This document shows, piece by piece, positions 26,632 to 36,230 of a stretch of DNA of 64,000 nucleotides. Each line of letters starts with the position of its first letter. Positions within the stretch are counted from its first letter, which is position 1. A model generated the notes under the pieces. That model ran no database searches, had not been told where the DNA came from, and saw nothing but the letters and a program-made list of their open reading frames with translations. The position numbers and the translations under genes are program-made. The stretch is from an uncultured bacterium (GTDB taxonomy: Bacteria; Krumholzibacteriota; Krumholzibacteriia; Krumholzibacteriales; WJIX01): positions 73-64,072 of the forward strand of contig CAZAUK010000016.1 of NCBI GenBank assembly GCA_964488475.1, read 5' to 3'.

Positions 26632-28317
26632 TCACAGCGAATCTTCCAGCTTTATATCCAGGCCGGGAGCATTAAAGTAATCGTCGAAATCGCCGCTCGT
26701 TATCAACCTGGTAAACAGATGAATATATACCAGCTGGAGCATGAATATATGATAGGTGACCGGATCTTCTTTCAGAGTGCTGATCTGGGCGGGAGTAAGC
26801 AGCTCCAGGGCGGTGTTCGAATCAAGGACCCGCATCAGAACATTCTTCTTGAACCGGAAAAGCCCCGCGGTGTCTGATACGATATCGCTCATTTCAATTT
26901 TATCGGCTTTTTCTCTACCCAGCATCTCCCTTACTTTTCTGTTGTGTAGTTCCTTGTGAAGATTCCTGTTCCTCAGAGCAAGAGCAGCGCTGATAGTCTG
27001 CCTGTTGACGAAGGGATATATTCCCTGAAGTCCGAAACTGTTAAGCAGGATGTCGTGCATCTTGAGAAGAAGATCGAAGGTGGAGTTGTACTTTACCCGG
27101 CGGGCGCTGCCCATAAATTGCCTGGTCAGGAGGTCGTAGGGTGTCTTCCGGCCGGTCAGGAGGCTGTAATATATCCGGCCCGGCAATCCCCTCTTGAGAT
27201 AGTTAATAAGCGCCGATCTGGTATTGTCTATTTTTCTGAAAAAGACGCTGTTCCTTTCCTGGGTTATTATCTCATTCGCTCCCGCTCCGAAAAGAGCTGT
27301 TTTCTTGCCGGTATTCCGCAGTAGATTGCAGATGCGGTACCGCAGGAATATTCCCCCTTCGAAAAGGTAGCTCTCGTAGCGCCAGACGATATCGGGCAGG
27401 TTGTCGATCGCTTCTTCGCTCATGTCGGCGGTGTGAAGCTCCACCCCGTCGTAATTTTTCAGAATGCTTTTTACCCTGGGAACCTCGTTGAATCCTTCCC
27501 CGCCGTTCACAGTGGCCGCGACCAGCGGCTTATCGGTGATTCTTTGCAGAAGATGCAGTATTAGATTCGAGTCGAATCCTCCCGAGAGAGACACGGCGGG
27601 AGGGGAATCGGTGAGGGTGGAATTGACCTCTGCCATGTTATTGCTGATATAATCTATCCAGTTTTCCTCAGCCTCGCCGGCGCTGATGCGCTGTCCCTCT
27701 GCTATAAAGGGAGGAGCGCTGACGGTGCGCTCCTTTCCGTTTATCAGGAGGTATCTTTGGGGGACCAGCTTTTCTACTCCCTTGATCAGCGTCGATTCAT
27801 CCGGAATAAGATACCTTCTAAAGAGGAACCGGTGGGCGGCCGATACGTCAATATTCCTGGAGACTTTTGATTTTTTAAGAAGCAGTTTGAGGCTGGTGCT
27901 GAAAGTTATCCCTTCGCCGGTGGTGGCGTAATATACCGGAAGGAAAGAGCCGTGCTCGGGCTGCAGAACAAGACATCTGCGCTCGCTGGAGTCATATATG
28001 ACGATAACGTAGTGGCCTTCCAGCTCGTTCAGCAGTTTCAGGCCGGACGAACGGTAGAGCGCTTCAACGATTTCGGTGTCGGTGGAATTGTCCATAGATA
28101 TTCGTTTGGCGATTTCACCGATATTCGAAAGGTATCCCAGAACAGAACAGAGGATACCCGATTCACTATTATAGAACAGGGAGGAACGGTCATATCTTGA
28201 GTAACTCATCCTGGCAGCTTCGAAATCGAATCCAGCGTCTCGAAAACGGCTTTCCAGCGTGAGGCTCTTGTTATCCTCCCGGAGCTTCCAGTCAAATTTT
28301 CCAAGCAGGTAGTTCAT
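26632..28317 (-). CDS. Asparagine synthetase-like protein lacking the N-terminal catalytic Cys
   Basis: AsnB-like layout (LNELEGHY, PVYY, FSTSLK, TLIKGVEKL), PP-loop LSGGFDS, GAGANE; begins MNYLL, not MC. Confidence 0.7.
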   Translation of the reverse strand: MNYLLGKFDWKLREDNKSLTLESRFRDAGFDFEAARMSYSRYDRSSLFYNSESGILCSVLGYLSNIGEIAKRISMDNSTDTEIVEALYRSSGLKLLNELEGHYVIVIYDSSERRCLVLQPEHGSFLPVYYATTGEGITFSTSLKLLLKKSKVSRNIDVSAAHRFLFRRYLIPDESTLIKGVEKLVPQRYLLINGKERTVSAPPFIAEGQRISAGEAEENWIDYISNNMAEVNSTLTDSPPAVSLSGGFDSNLILHLLQRITDKPLVAATVNGGEGFNEVPRVKSILKNYDGVELHTADMSEEAIDNLPDIVWRYESYLFEGGIFLRYRICNLLRNTGKKTALFGAGANEIITQERNSVFFRKIDNTRSALINYLKRGLPGRIYYSLLTGRKTPYDLLTRQFMGSARRVKYNSTFDLLLKMHDILLNSFGLQGIYPFVNRQTISAALALRNRNLHKELHNRKVREMLGREKADKIEMSDIVSDTAGLFRFKKNVLMRVLDSNTALELLTPAQISTLKEDPVTYHIFMLQLVYIHLFTRLITSGDFDDYFNAPGLDIKLEDSL

Positions 28318-28445
28318 CTCGAATCCTCCAGTTCCGGTCCTCGCTGCCGGTTCGGCTATTCAAGGTTTTTAATTATGAAAGGGCTGTAAGCAGGTTACGA
28401 CGAGCCTTCCCTTCCTATTGCCCGAAGCGGGCCGAGCCGAGCCCG

Positions 28446-29093
28446 TTAACCGCCTCTGCCGGTGAAGAAGTCCTCTGCGGCTTTGATTTCTTCTTCTTCA
28501 AAGACTTTTATGACGCTGGCGGGATTTCCTCCCACCACGCAATTGGCGGGGACGTCCCTGGTTACCACCGCTCCAGCCGCGATGACGGAATTACGGCCTA
28601 TGGTAACTCCTTTTAATATTATGGTGGCCAGCCCCGCCCAGACATTATCCTTGATGACCACCGGACTTGAATCCACGGGGGCTTCCGGGTCCCAACGGTC
28701 GGGAGCCACTCCGTGCTGATCGCTGTCTGTTATTCTGGTGTCCGCGAAGATGCACCATTTTCCGATCTCCACCCTCTCGCTGCAGCTCACTCTCAGGCCG
28801 TTCAGGTAGCTGTTGGTCCCCACAAGTATCTTGGCCCGCCTGGAGTAGGTGTATAGAGAGTTGATCTTGAACGGTCCTCCCTCTATCAGAATATTGTCTC
28901 CGAGCATGACTTCCCCGGGGCCTCGCACTCGAAGCCTTTGTCTTACCCTCAGATTACTACCGCAGGTAAAGCGTCTTCCGCTGAGAGCCATCACCGACAT
29001 GTAGCGCAGCGCGTTAAAACGCGAAAGAAGGTAATTAAATCCCTTTGAGGGGTTCCTGATGCCCTTATGAATTCTGGTTCCAAGCGAGTTCAT
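28446..29093 (-). CDS. Hexapeptide-repeat O-acyltransferase
   Basis: [39 protein letters not shown]. Confidence 0.88.
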   Translation of the reverse strand: MNSLGTRIHKGIRNPSKGFNYLLSRFNALRYMSVMALSGRRFTCGSNLRVRQRLRVRGPGEVMLGDNILIEGGPFKINSLYTYSRRAKILVGTNSYLNGLRVSCSERVEIGKWCIFADTRITDSDQHGVAPDRWDPEAPVDSSPVVIKDNVWAGLATIILKGVTIGRNSVIAAGAVVTRDVPANCVVGGNPASVIKVFEEEEIKAAEDFFTGRGG

Positions 29094-29204
29094 TCGAAAA
29101 CACTTTCGAAGCCCATTTCCGGGGACGGCGGTTGACCAGGTTTGCTTCTCCGCCGAATCTATAAATAATACACCAGATTACCCGTATGACGGCGCTGAAG
29201 TCAA

Positions 29205-30491
29205 TTATTTAAAAAAGAGGTGAAAAAACCTGGAAAAGATCACCATTATTTCATCCACCCTGAGAGCAAATAGAAGAATTCCCAGCGCGAAAAAGTTGAA
29301 CGTCCCGATGACCCCGACCGCCTGGCTGTAACTGGACCTGAAATAGCGCCTGATACTCCTGTTTTTGATCTTTCGTTTCTGTTTTCGGTATATGTTCAGA
29401 ACAGCCAGCCCCAGTCCCTGGTATAATCCCCAGAGCACGAAGTTGAAAGTATCGCCGTGCCACATCCCACATATGATGAAGGTCACGATTATGCTGACGT
29501 TCGAGAGGGTGATGGGTCTTTTTTTGAAGTACCGGTAGTTTCTGAGTTTCCTGGACAGCGGCCAGAAGATGTAATCGGTAAGCCAGGTGGTAAGGGACAT
29601 GTGCCAGTTGGCCCATAGTTGCTGGATGTTTCTTTTCATGAAAGGGTTGTTGAAGTTTTCGGGAAGTTCTATGCCCATTATTCGGGCGGACCCGATGGCC
29701 AGGTCGGAATAACCGGCGAAATCAAAATAAAAGTAGAGGGTATAGGCATACAGGCCGATCAGGACCTGGAAAGAGCTCATACTCGATATCGAACCGGATA
29801 TATTGGTTATAGCGTATGGAAAGACCAGAGTCGACAGAACGAATTTCTTGAACAGGCCGTGTACTATCCTTTCCAGCCCGGGTTTCAGGTCGGCTGAGAG
29901 GTCCTTCTCCTTGAACTCCATCTGAGCGCTGAAATGGTTGTAGCGGTTTATCGGCCCGCTGATGAAGGAAGGGAAGAAGAAGATGAAATTGAAAAAGTAC
30001 AGGATATTGATCTTTTCTATCTGCCGCTTGTAGCACTCGATCACGAAGTGCATCAGTTTGAATGAAGAATAGGAGATTCCGATTATGAATATGAAGTCGA
30101 TAGCCTCAAAATCCCTGCCCAGAAGGTCCTCAAAAAAGATTTCCTGCAGAAAATTGTATTTGAAGAAGGCCAGAATCAGAATCAGTGAACCGATTGAGCC
30201 GGAAGCGATAAGGAGTTTTCGTGACCCGGGTTTCTCAACAGAGGTTCTGTTCAGGTAGTAACCCATGAAATAAACGATGATGGTTATAACCAGCAGGAAG
30301 AGGAAAGAGAGTGGGGAAAACCTGGGAAGTGCCAGCAGAAAGAGGATGTTGAAAACGGCTATTGAAACATCCCTGATCCAGCGGCGAACCATCAGCAGCC
30401 TGAATATCACAACGGCCGCCAGGAAGAATATCCAGAACTTAATGTCGTAGTAGAAGTTGAATTTCAGTAATATAGTGTTAAAATAATCCAT
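29205..30491 (-). CDS. MBOAT O-acyltransferase (DltB/AlgI-like)
   Basis: GISYSSFK, FFPSFISGPI, YFDFAGYSDLAIG, ENFNNPF, WHMSLTTWL and the catalytic GMWHG. Confidence 0.92.
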   Translation of the reverse strand: MDYFNTILLKFNFYYDIKFWIFFLAAVVIFRLLMVRRWIRDVSIAVFNILFLLALPRFSPLSFLFLLVITIIVYFMGYYLNRTSVEKPGSRKLLIASGSIGSLILILAFFKYNFLQEIFFEDLLGRDFEAIDFIFIIGISYSSFKLMHFVIECYKRQIEKINILYFFNFIFFFPSFISGPINRYNHFSAQMEFKEKDLSADLKPGLERIVHGLFKKFVLSTLVFPYAITNISGSISSMSSFQVLIGLYAYTLYFYFDFAGYSDLAIGSARIMGIELPENFNNPFMKRNIQQLWANWHMSLTTWLTDYIFWPLSRKLRNYRYFKKRPITLSNVSIIVTFIICGMWHGDTFNFVLWGLYQGLGLAVLNIYRKQKRKIKNRSIRRYFRSSYSQAVGVIGTFNFFALGILLFALRVDEIMVIFSRFFHLFFK

Positions 30492-31584
30492 GCTTAAGGA
30501 ATACTTCCTCTATCAGATACTCTCCTACTAACCTGTTGGCGAATTCGTTGTAATGGGGATCCCGCTCGAAGCATAGCTTCTCCCCGAGGTCGTAATGTTT
30601 TTTAAGGACGGGCCTGGGATTGAGCAGCAGCTTGCCGTTTTTCCGAGCGTAGTCTATCATGAATTCCTCGTACAACGAGGGGTGATAACGGGAGGGGTCT
30701 GCCCCCAAATCGCCCAGGACACTCTTCAGCCTGAAACTGTCCACCAGTGGGACGAAAAGGTAGGCTGTCTTTATTCCCTTTCCCGCGCAGTACTCTTCGA
30801 ATTTATTGAGGTATCCCTCGGCTTCCCCAGCCTCGTCCAGGTTGTACAGCCGGCTCTCTTCGGAGTAAAGTTCGAAATGTTTGGGAAGCCTCTCGGATAT
30901 TTCGATCAGGTTCAATCTGGCGTTAAGTTTCCAGAAGACATCCCTGAGAAAATCATATATGGACAGGGTGTTCTTTATGATGAGCCTGATATAGGCTTTT
31001 TTCCATGAGCTTTTGTAAAACAGGTATCCGCTCTTGACCATGACCGGTTCAAGCGTGGAGTGAGTGGTGTCGTACCAGTTCAGGGAGGAAGAGCTGAGGC
31101 CGAGTATAACCAGTTCCGGTTTTCGCCGCTCGTCTTCGATGAATTCCCTGAGGATGGTCTCCTGCTCCATCAGAAAATGCCCCCCCACCGCGAAATTCAG
31201 AACCTCGATCCCCTTTCCGGCAGCGTAATCCGAAAATATTCCTACAAAGGATTCATCGAAATCGACTCCCTGCCCGAAAACCTGGGAAGCGCCCAGGAAA
31301 ACTATGTAAGGTTTTTTATTTATGTCGACATCGCCGGTCTCACTGTCCCTGGCGCCGATGGAATTGGTTATGGTTGTATAGGAATAGGTGGACCAGTCAT
31401 TGACCTTGACCAGGTTTTTCTTGAAGCGGTAGAAATCTCTGTATTGAACATATTCACCCCGGTATGTGTTGGAAGCGCTCCTTCCCGAAATTCTGAGACC
31501 GATTTCGAGGATGACCAGGCATAGAATCAAGGTGGCCGCCAGAACCGCTGCCTTTTCAAATATTATCTTTAAATTTATTTTCAA
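30478..31584 (-). CDS. Membrane-anchored SGNH-type acyl transfer protein (AlgJ/DltD-like)
   Basis: One N-terminal TM helix; block I FLGAS, NFAVGG, C-terminal DPHYN; overlaps the MBOAT start. Confidence 0.75.
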   Translation of the reverse strand: MKINLKIIFEKAAVLAATLILCLVILEIGLRISGRSASNTYRGEYVQYRDFYRFKKNLVKVNDWSTYSYTTITNSIGARDSETGDVDINKKPYIVFLGASQVFGQGVDFDESFVGIFSDYAAGKGIEVLNFAVGGHFLMEQETILREFIEDERRKPELVILGLSSSSLNWYDTTHSTLEPVMVKSGYLFYKSSWKKAYIRLIIKNTLSIYDFLRDVFWKLNARLNLIEISERLPKHFELYSEESRLYNLDEAGEAEGYLNKFEEYCAGKGIKTAYLFVPLVDSFRLKSVLGDLGADPSRYHPSLYEEFMIDYARKNGKLLLNPRPVLKKHYDLGEKLCFERDPHYNEFANRLVGEYLIEEVFLKHGLF

Positions 31585-31628
31585 AACAGCCCTCTTGGGT
31601 AAGCTCGAGGTTGACCACAGCCCCCCCG

Positions 31629-31775
31629 TTAGAAGTTAACATAGATAAATTCAGGTATTTCCGTTGTTCCGCTGGTATACCTGTGCATAAGGAAAATGAC
31701 GATCCAGAATATCTCAAACGCGATAATGATCAGCTTTCGGTTCCGCGCTACGATATCTTTGATTTTAACGAGCAT
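31629..31775 (-). CDS. 48-aa DltX-like single-TM peptide with a C-terminal FIYxxF motif (not in the ORF track)
   Basis: Translated by hand: MLVKIKDIVARNRKLIIIAFEIFWIVIFLMHRYTSGTTEIPEFIYVNF*; RBS GGAGAGGGAG; first gene before the SGNH and MBOAT genes. Confidence 0.8.
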   Translation of the reverse strand: MLVKIKDIVARNRKLIIIAFEIFWIVIFLMHRYTSGTTEIPEFIYVNF

Positions 31776-31869
31776 TTTTCACGCTCCCTCTCCTTTGTTC
31801 TTCATGCCCGCAAATTCCGGTCCAATTTTGTGTTCGGTTCAAATGAAAACTTTTTTGGTTGAGGCGCCC

Positions 31870-31885
31870 CGCAAATCATAGACCA
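31870..31885 (-). promoter_or_regulatory. Candidate sigma-54 promoter TGGTCTATGATTTGCG for the DltX-like/SGNH/MBOAT operon
   Basis: GG and TTGC at exact spacing, about 95 nt upstream of ATG 31775. Confidence 0.55.
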
Positions 31886-32073
31886 AAGGGCCGGCGCTTT
31901 TCAATTCAAAATTACGGTAATTAGTTAATTAGCTGCTTTTTAGATATTAATCAAGCGAAAAGGATATTTCAAGCAGGCCTTGATACCAATCGAGAGAGAG
32001 GTTTTTTTTGAAGTTATCTCTGAATAGGGGGTCCAACCGGCGGGGGAGCGCGGGGGCTGTTCCCCCCGGGTTC

Positions 32074-33015
32074 CTATTTACTGAAATGTATCGAGATCCT
32101 GTGGAAATCGCCCAGCTCCCCATAGGCTGAGAAGGAGTAATCTAGAGACATGTAATCTCTGACCTTGATTCCGCCTCCCATTGAAAAACCGCTGCCCGGA
32201 CGGTATTCCCTCCCGCTGTATCCCGCTCTCAGGCAGAGGATCCGGTGGGTGGTTATCTCCGCTCCCGCGTTGAAATAAACGTCCTCATACCTGGGTTTGA
32301 CCGCGTCGGCGGCAATGGTGACCGAAGTCTCGAAGCTTACCAGTCTAATCGACTGGCTGGCGCCCATCCTCATAGTCAGGGGGATCGGCTCCTCAAGTGA
32401 CCTGAACTTGACATCGGGGCCCATGTTCTGAACGGAGAATCCCACCGTTGTACCAAGCTGTTTCACGCTGTAACTCAGCCCGGCGTCTATGGCGACGCCT
32501 TCGGAGTGCCATTCCCCCAGGTTCTCCTTGAAATGCTTGAATCCCAGGCCCATCGATAAAAACGGTATCGGTGAAAATCTTGCTCCGACCAGCATCTGAT
32601 AGTTATCAGTCCTGAACTTTTCGCCGGTGGGGCCGAACTGGTCGTATCCCTCTATTTTCGGCCGGTAGAGATAGGTTATGCCCCCTCCAACGGCAAAATT
32701 CCCCGGAAGGGAGGCATAGGCGGAGAGATTGTCGTAACGGGTGTCGATTATCCATTCGGAATGGGATATACCTATTCCTCTTCCGCCGCCTTTGGCCAGA
32801 AGAGCCGGGTTGTAGAAGAGGGAAAACGGATTTTCCAGGGCTACGCCGGTTTCCCCCATGCCTATAGACCGGGGGCTTACCGGAAGGTTGAGATATGAAG
32901 CTCCGGCCGACCCGGGACCATCGCTCGATCCCAGACACGGAGCCGCCAGGAATAATGTTGCTGACACGGTTCCCAGAAGCACGCGCAAGAGGCTCATACC
33001 TGATGTTTTAGTCAT
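32074..33015 (-). CDS. PorV/PorQ-family outer-membrane beta-barrel
   Basis: Signal peptide; GASYLNLPVSPRSIGMGE, FYNPA, SHSEW; C-terminal GDFHRISIHF. Confidence 0.85.
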   Translation of the reverse strand: MTKTSGMSLLRVLLGTVSATLFLAAPCLGSSDGPGSAGASYLNLPVSPRSIGMGETGVALENPFSLFYNPALLAKGGGRGIGISHSEWIIDTRYDNLSAYASLPGNFAVGGGITYLYRPKIEGYDQFGPTGEKFRTDNYQMLVGARFSPIPFLSMGLGFKHFKENLGEWHSEGVAIDAGLSYSVKQLGTTVGFSVQNMGPDVKFRSLEEPIPLTMRMGASQSIRLVSFETSVTIAADAVKPRYEDVYFNAGAEITTHRILCLRAGYSGREYRPGSGFSMGGGIKVRDYMSLDYSFSAYGELGDFHRISIHFSK

Positions 33016-33030
33016 ATCCCCGTCCGTTTT

Positions 33031-33933
33031 CTAGTTAACTATCATTATAGGTCTTCTGGAAACGACCTTTTCCTTGGAGTCTTCAATCACTACGTAATAT
33101 ACGCCACTCATAACCGGGTTGCCGGTGCGGTTTGTTCCCTCCCAGTTCAGGGAAGTATCTGAAGAGGTGATCTTCTCACTGTAGATCTCTATACCGTTGG
33201 AGCCGTAAATCTTCACTGTCGAACCGGCGGGGAGGTTTTCCATGCTCATGCTTCCCTGTTCGGGGTGGAACGGAACAGGGTATATATTGAGCTGGGGAGT
33301 GGTCAGAGGCGCCGGACTTTCGCCTTCCACGGTAAAACTGTCCCTCGCGGAAATAGTAAGGTTATCGTATTCATCAAAAGCGACTGCCCTGGCGTAATAT
33401 TTGGCTTCTTCCAGGTCCTCCAGGCTGGCCGTGTGGTTCAAGGCGTATTCACTGGTGTTCCAGGTGCTCATGGAATCAAGAACGGCGTCCTGATCGAACT
33501 GCACGAAACCGGATGTTGAAACGGGGGTCTCCCAGCTCAGATCATAAGATCCGTTTCCCACCTTTGATATGGTGGTGATCTCACAGCTGTCCCTGAGAGC
33601 CTGATCGGCGTCCTGTGGAATAGTCATCGCTGAAACGGGGTTTGAAAAGCCGCTTCGCTGACCCGAGGAATTCTTCGCCACTATCCTGTAAAAGAATCTC
33701 AATCCCTCCGGTCTATCCTGATCGATGTAACTGAAAGTATCGTTGTCCACGCTGTCCAGGGCGGCGAAGCCGGAGTTCCGGTATATTGAGACGTAAATCA
33801 CGTAACCGGTTATATCCGGCTCCGGGTTCGGCTCCCAGTTGATCAGATAATCGGTGCTGCCCTGAGCCTGAAGACCGGTGGCGGCAGCCAAGAGAAGAAG
33901 AAAGCTGATTACTCTGATTGATGTTCTGGTCAT
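33031..33933 (-). CDS. Secreted fibronectin-III protein with a T9SS-type/FlgD-like C-terminal domain
   Basis: Signal peptide from ATG 33933; Fn3-like WEPNPEPDITGY; CTD-like LNIYPVPF...VKIY...WEG...SGVYYVVI. Confidence 0.75.
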   Translation of the reverse strand: MTRTSIRVISFLLLLAAATGLQAQGSTDYLINWEPNPEPDITGYVIYVSIYRNSGFAALDSVDNDTFSYIDQDRPEGLRFFYRIVAKNSSGQRSGFSNPVSAMTIPQDADQALRDSCEITTISKVGNGSYDLSWETPVSTSGFVQFDQDAVLDSMSTWNTSEYALNHTASLEDLEEAKYYARAVAFDEYDNLTISARDSFTVEGESPAPLTTPQLNIYPVPFHPEQGSMSMENLPAGSTVKIYGSNGIEIYSEKITSSDTSLNWEGTNRTGNPVMSGVYYVVIEDSKEKVVSRRPIMIVN

Positions 33934-34184
33934 TCCATTTGCTCCTTCTACTGCATCCAATTTTTACGAAAAAGAATTTTCCGTGAATTTGGATATGTTC
34001 ATATTAAAAAATCTTTCAAAAAGATTCGAGGGTAAAAATGTAAATTGCGAATTTATGTGTCTTTTTTGACTTTTTCGGCCTGTTTCTCATGATGGCTTTT
34101 GCTTCCCGGTCGATTCTCATCGAATCGATTTCTGTTTCAAGGGCCGGTTAAAATTTACCTAACGCTGCTGCGGTCTGGGAATCT

Positions 34185-34200
34185 CGCAAGTAGTGTGCCA
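34185..34200 (-). promoter_or_regulatory. Sigma-54 promoter TGGCACACTACTTGCG
   Basis: Consensus match in the intergenic region upstream of the CTD-protein/PorV pair. Confidence 0.72.
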
Positions 34201-34367
34201 TCAGTTGAATGAGATAAGCTGAAGGTTGCTGTGCCAAGGTCAGTAGCAAATTCAACCGGCCCTGTTATCCGTGAATCAGTCCGAAGGCTGAAAATACCAC
34301 TCTTGAAATATATAGACGCAGCCCCGCCGGTTACAATAGGGACAAGTGATTAAAAATCGCCGGAAGA

Positions 34368-35492
34368 TCATTTCCATCTGGCGTCCGTCTTCTTGAAGGC
34401 GAACCGGTAGAGGCCCGCCACGGCGGCCGCGTTGAGGGAAATGAAGACCGAGATGAAACTCAAAGCCCTGCTTTTAGTGAGGGGTTTTAATAAAAGTGTG
34501 GCGAGTCCGCAGGCGTAGAAGACGATCTGTATGACGAAGAGAAACCGGTATAGCCAAAAATCCAGACCCGCCGAAGCGAGAAATAGAACTATCAGGGCGT
34601 AGGGTATCAGAAGCCTGAAGAATTTATGCGATACAGTTTGTACAAAGATCCTGTTTCTGGTGGGATCGAAAAGCCAGGTATTTCTGCTGAAAAGCTGGAA
34701 GTTGCCGGCCAGGGTCCGGACCTTTCTGTTCCACTCCTTTTCGATGCGGGAGGAGGAGTCATCCAGCGCCACCGCTTCCGAATCGAAAATCACCCTGTAA
34801 CCGCGCCGGAATATCCGCAAGGGGATCTCTATATCGTCCAGGATGGTATCTTCCGGTATAGGTTCGAACAGCTCTCTTCTTATCGCGTAGATCGCTCCAG
34901 TGGCTCCCAGGGTGGAGTCGACAGCCCCTTCAGCCTTTCTGATGAACTTTTCGTACCGCCAGTAAAGGCCTATATTCCTGCCGGTGCTGTCTGTGGTATC
35001 CCCCAGCCTCAGTTCTCCGCTTACCGCCCCGATTTGAGGGTCGGCGAAATTGGAGGCCAGTTCTCTGAGAGCGTCTTTGGCGAATTTTTGACGGACGTCT
35101 GAAAAGACTATGATCTCGGAGTTGGTCTGCCGCACCGCTTCGTTTATACGGGCCGGTTTGCCTTTCTGGGTGTCCCTTGATATGAACTTGACATCGCTCC
35201 GTCCGCTGAGAATCTCATCGGTCCGGTCTGTGGAGCCGTCGGAGACGAAACATACCTCGAGAAGTTCTTCAGGGTAATCCAGGGAAAGGGAGTTTTCGAT
35301 CTTTTCCTCTATTCTGTCTTCTTCGTTTCTGACCACCACCACCAGGGTCATGGATGGCAGTTTGCTGAAATCCTTCATCCCCACTCTGCTCCCGGGAATG
35401 ATTCTCGAGGTTATGAAGACCAGCGCGGGGTATATAAAATAGGTGTATATTATAAAAAGAGCAGAGGCCCAGAAGAGGAAGAGTCGCATCAC
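34368..35492 (-). CDS. GT2 glycosyltransferase (CesA/PgaC-like)
   Basis: VSDGSTD, FSDVRQ, GATGAIYA, LDD and RKVRTLAGNFQ motifs; C-terminal TM helices. Confidence 0.9.
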   Translation of the reverse strand: MMRLFLFWASALFIIYTYFIYPALVFITSRIIPGSRVGMKDFSKLPSMTLVVVVRNEEDRIEEKIENSLSLDYPEELLEVCFVSDGSTDRTDEILSGRSDVKFISRDTQKGKPARINEAVRQTNSEIIVFSDVRQKFAKDALRELASNFADPQIGAVSGELRLGDTTDSTGRNIGLYWRYEKFIRKAEGAVDSTLGATGAIYAIRRELFEPIPEDTILDDIEIPLRIFRRGYRVIFDSEAVALDDSSSRIEKEWNRKVRTLAGNFQLFSRNTWLFDPTRNRIFVQTVSHKFFRLLIPYALIVLFLASAGLDFWLYRFLFVIQIVFYACGLATLLLKPLTKSRALSFISVFISLNAAAVAGLYRFAFKKTDARWK

Positions 35493-35551
35493 AGCCAGCT
35501 TTCCGTATAAGATTCCAGGCAGCTTTCTTAACGCGGGCCTTTTTACGACTG

Positions 35552-36196
35552 TCAGAAGTCACCGTTCAGAAAGGGGTTGTTCTTTTTCTCCTCGCCGATC
35601 GTGGTCGAAGGCCCATGGCCTGAGTATACAATAGTTTCATCGGGTAGCTTCAAGAGTTTTGTGTTGATAGAATCGATCAGGGTGTCATGATCTCCGCCGA
35701 AGAAGTCGGTTCTTCCCACTGATCCGGCGAAAAGGGTGTCTCCCACTAATACGACCGAGTCGAAGAGAATGGAGATGCCGCCTCTGGTGTGTCCGGGCGT
35801 GTGTATCACCCGGCCGCTGACATTTCCGAAATCCAGTTCGTCGCCCTCTTCCAGTAAAGTCTCGACAGGCGGTTCTTCCACCGTTCCCAGGCCCCACATC
35901 GGAGCGTCCTTTACGGATTTTTTCATCGTTTCCAGGTCGTCCCGGTGAAGGGCCAGCCCTATTCTGTAATGCTTCATGATATCAGCCGCGGCCGCCAAGT
36001 GATCGTTATGGCCATGGGTCAAAACCACTTTCAAAGGTTTCAGGCATCTTTCCTCGATGCTTTTTTGTATGAGCCCGGAATCTCCGCCGGGGTCGATCAC
36101 TATCGATTGCGCGCTTTCCCGGCAGTATAGTACATAGCTGTTAGTGGCGAGTGGCCCGACAACATTTACAATTATCTGTGGAGAATTCGAGTCCAT
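35552..36196 (-). CDS. MBL-fold metallo-hydrolase (glyoxalase II/YcbL-like)
   Basis: THGHNDH, TPGHTRG, GDTLF, GHG motifs; start ATG 36196 (the ORF-track extension overlaps the upstream gene). Confidence 0.9.
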   Translation of the reverse strand: MDSNSPQIIVNVVGPLATNSYVLYCRESAQSIVIDPGGDSGLIQKSIEERCLKPLKVVLTHGHNDHLAAAADIMKHYRIGLALHRDDLETMKKSVKDAPMWGLGTVEEPPVETLLEEGDELDFGNVSGRVIHTPGHTRGGISILFDSVVLVGDTLFAGSVGRTDFFGGDHDTLIDSINTKLLKLPDETIVYSGHGPSTTIGEEKKNNPFLNGDF

Positions 36197-36230
36197 CAAA
36201 GATTCCCCCTGTTCGTCCTGGGTTTTCCGG

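Noticed and set aside
26632-28317. AsnB-like gene as a lasso-peptide cyclase
   Set aside because: No B1/B2 proteins or precursor peptide; the context is glycan modification.
34215-34235. Second TGGCAC half-site on the minus strand near the 34185 promoter
   Set aside because: No TTGC at the -12 position.
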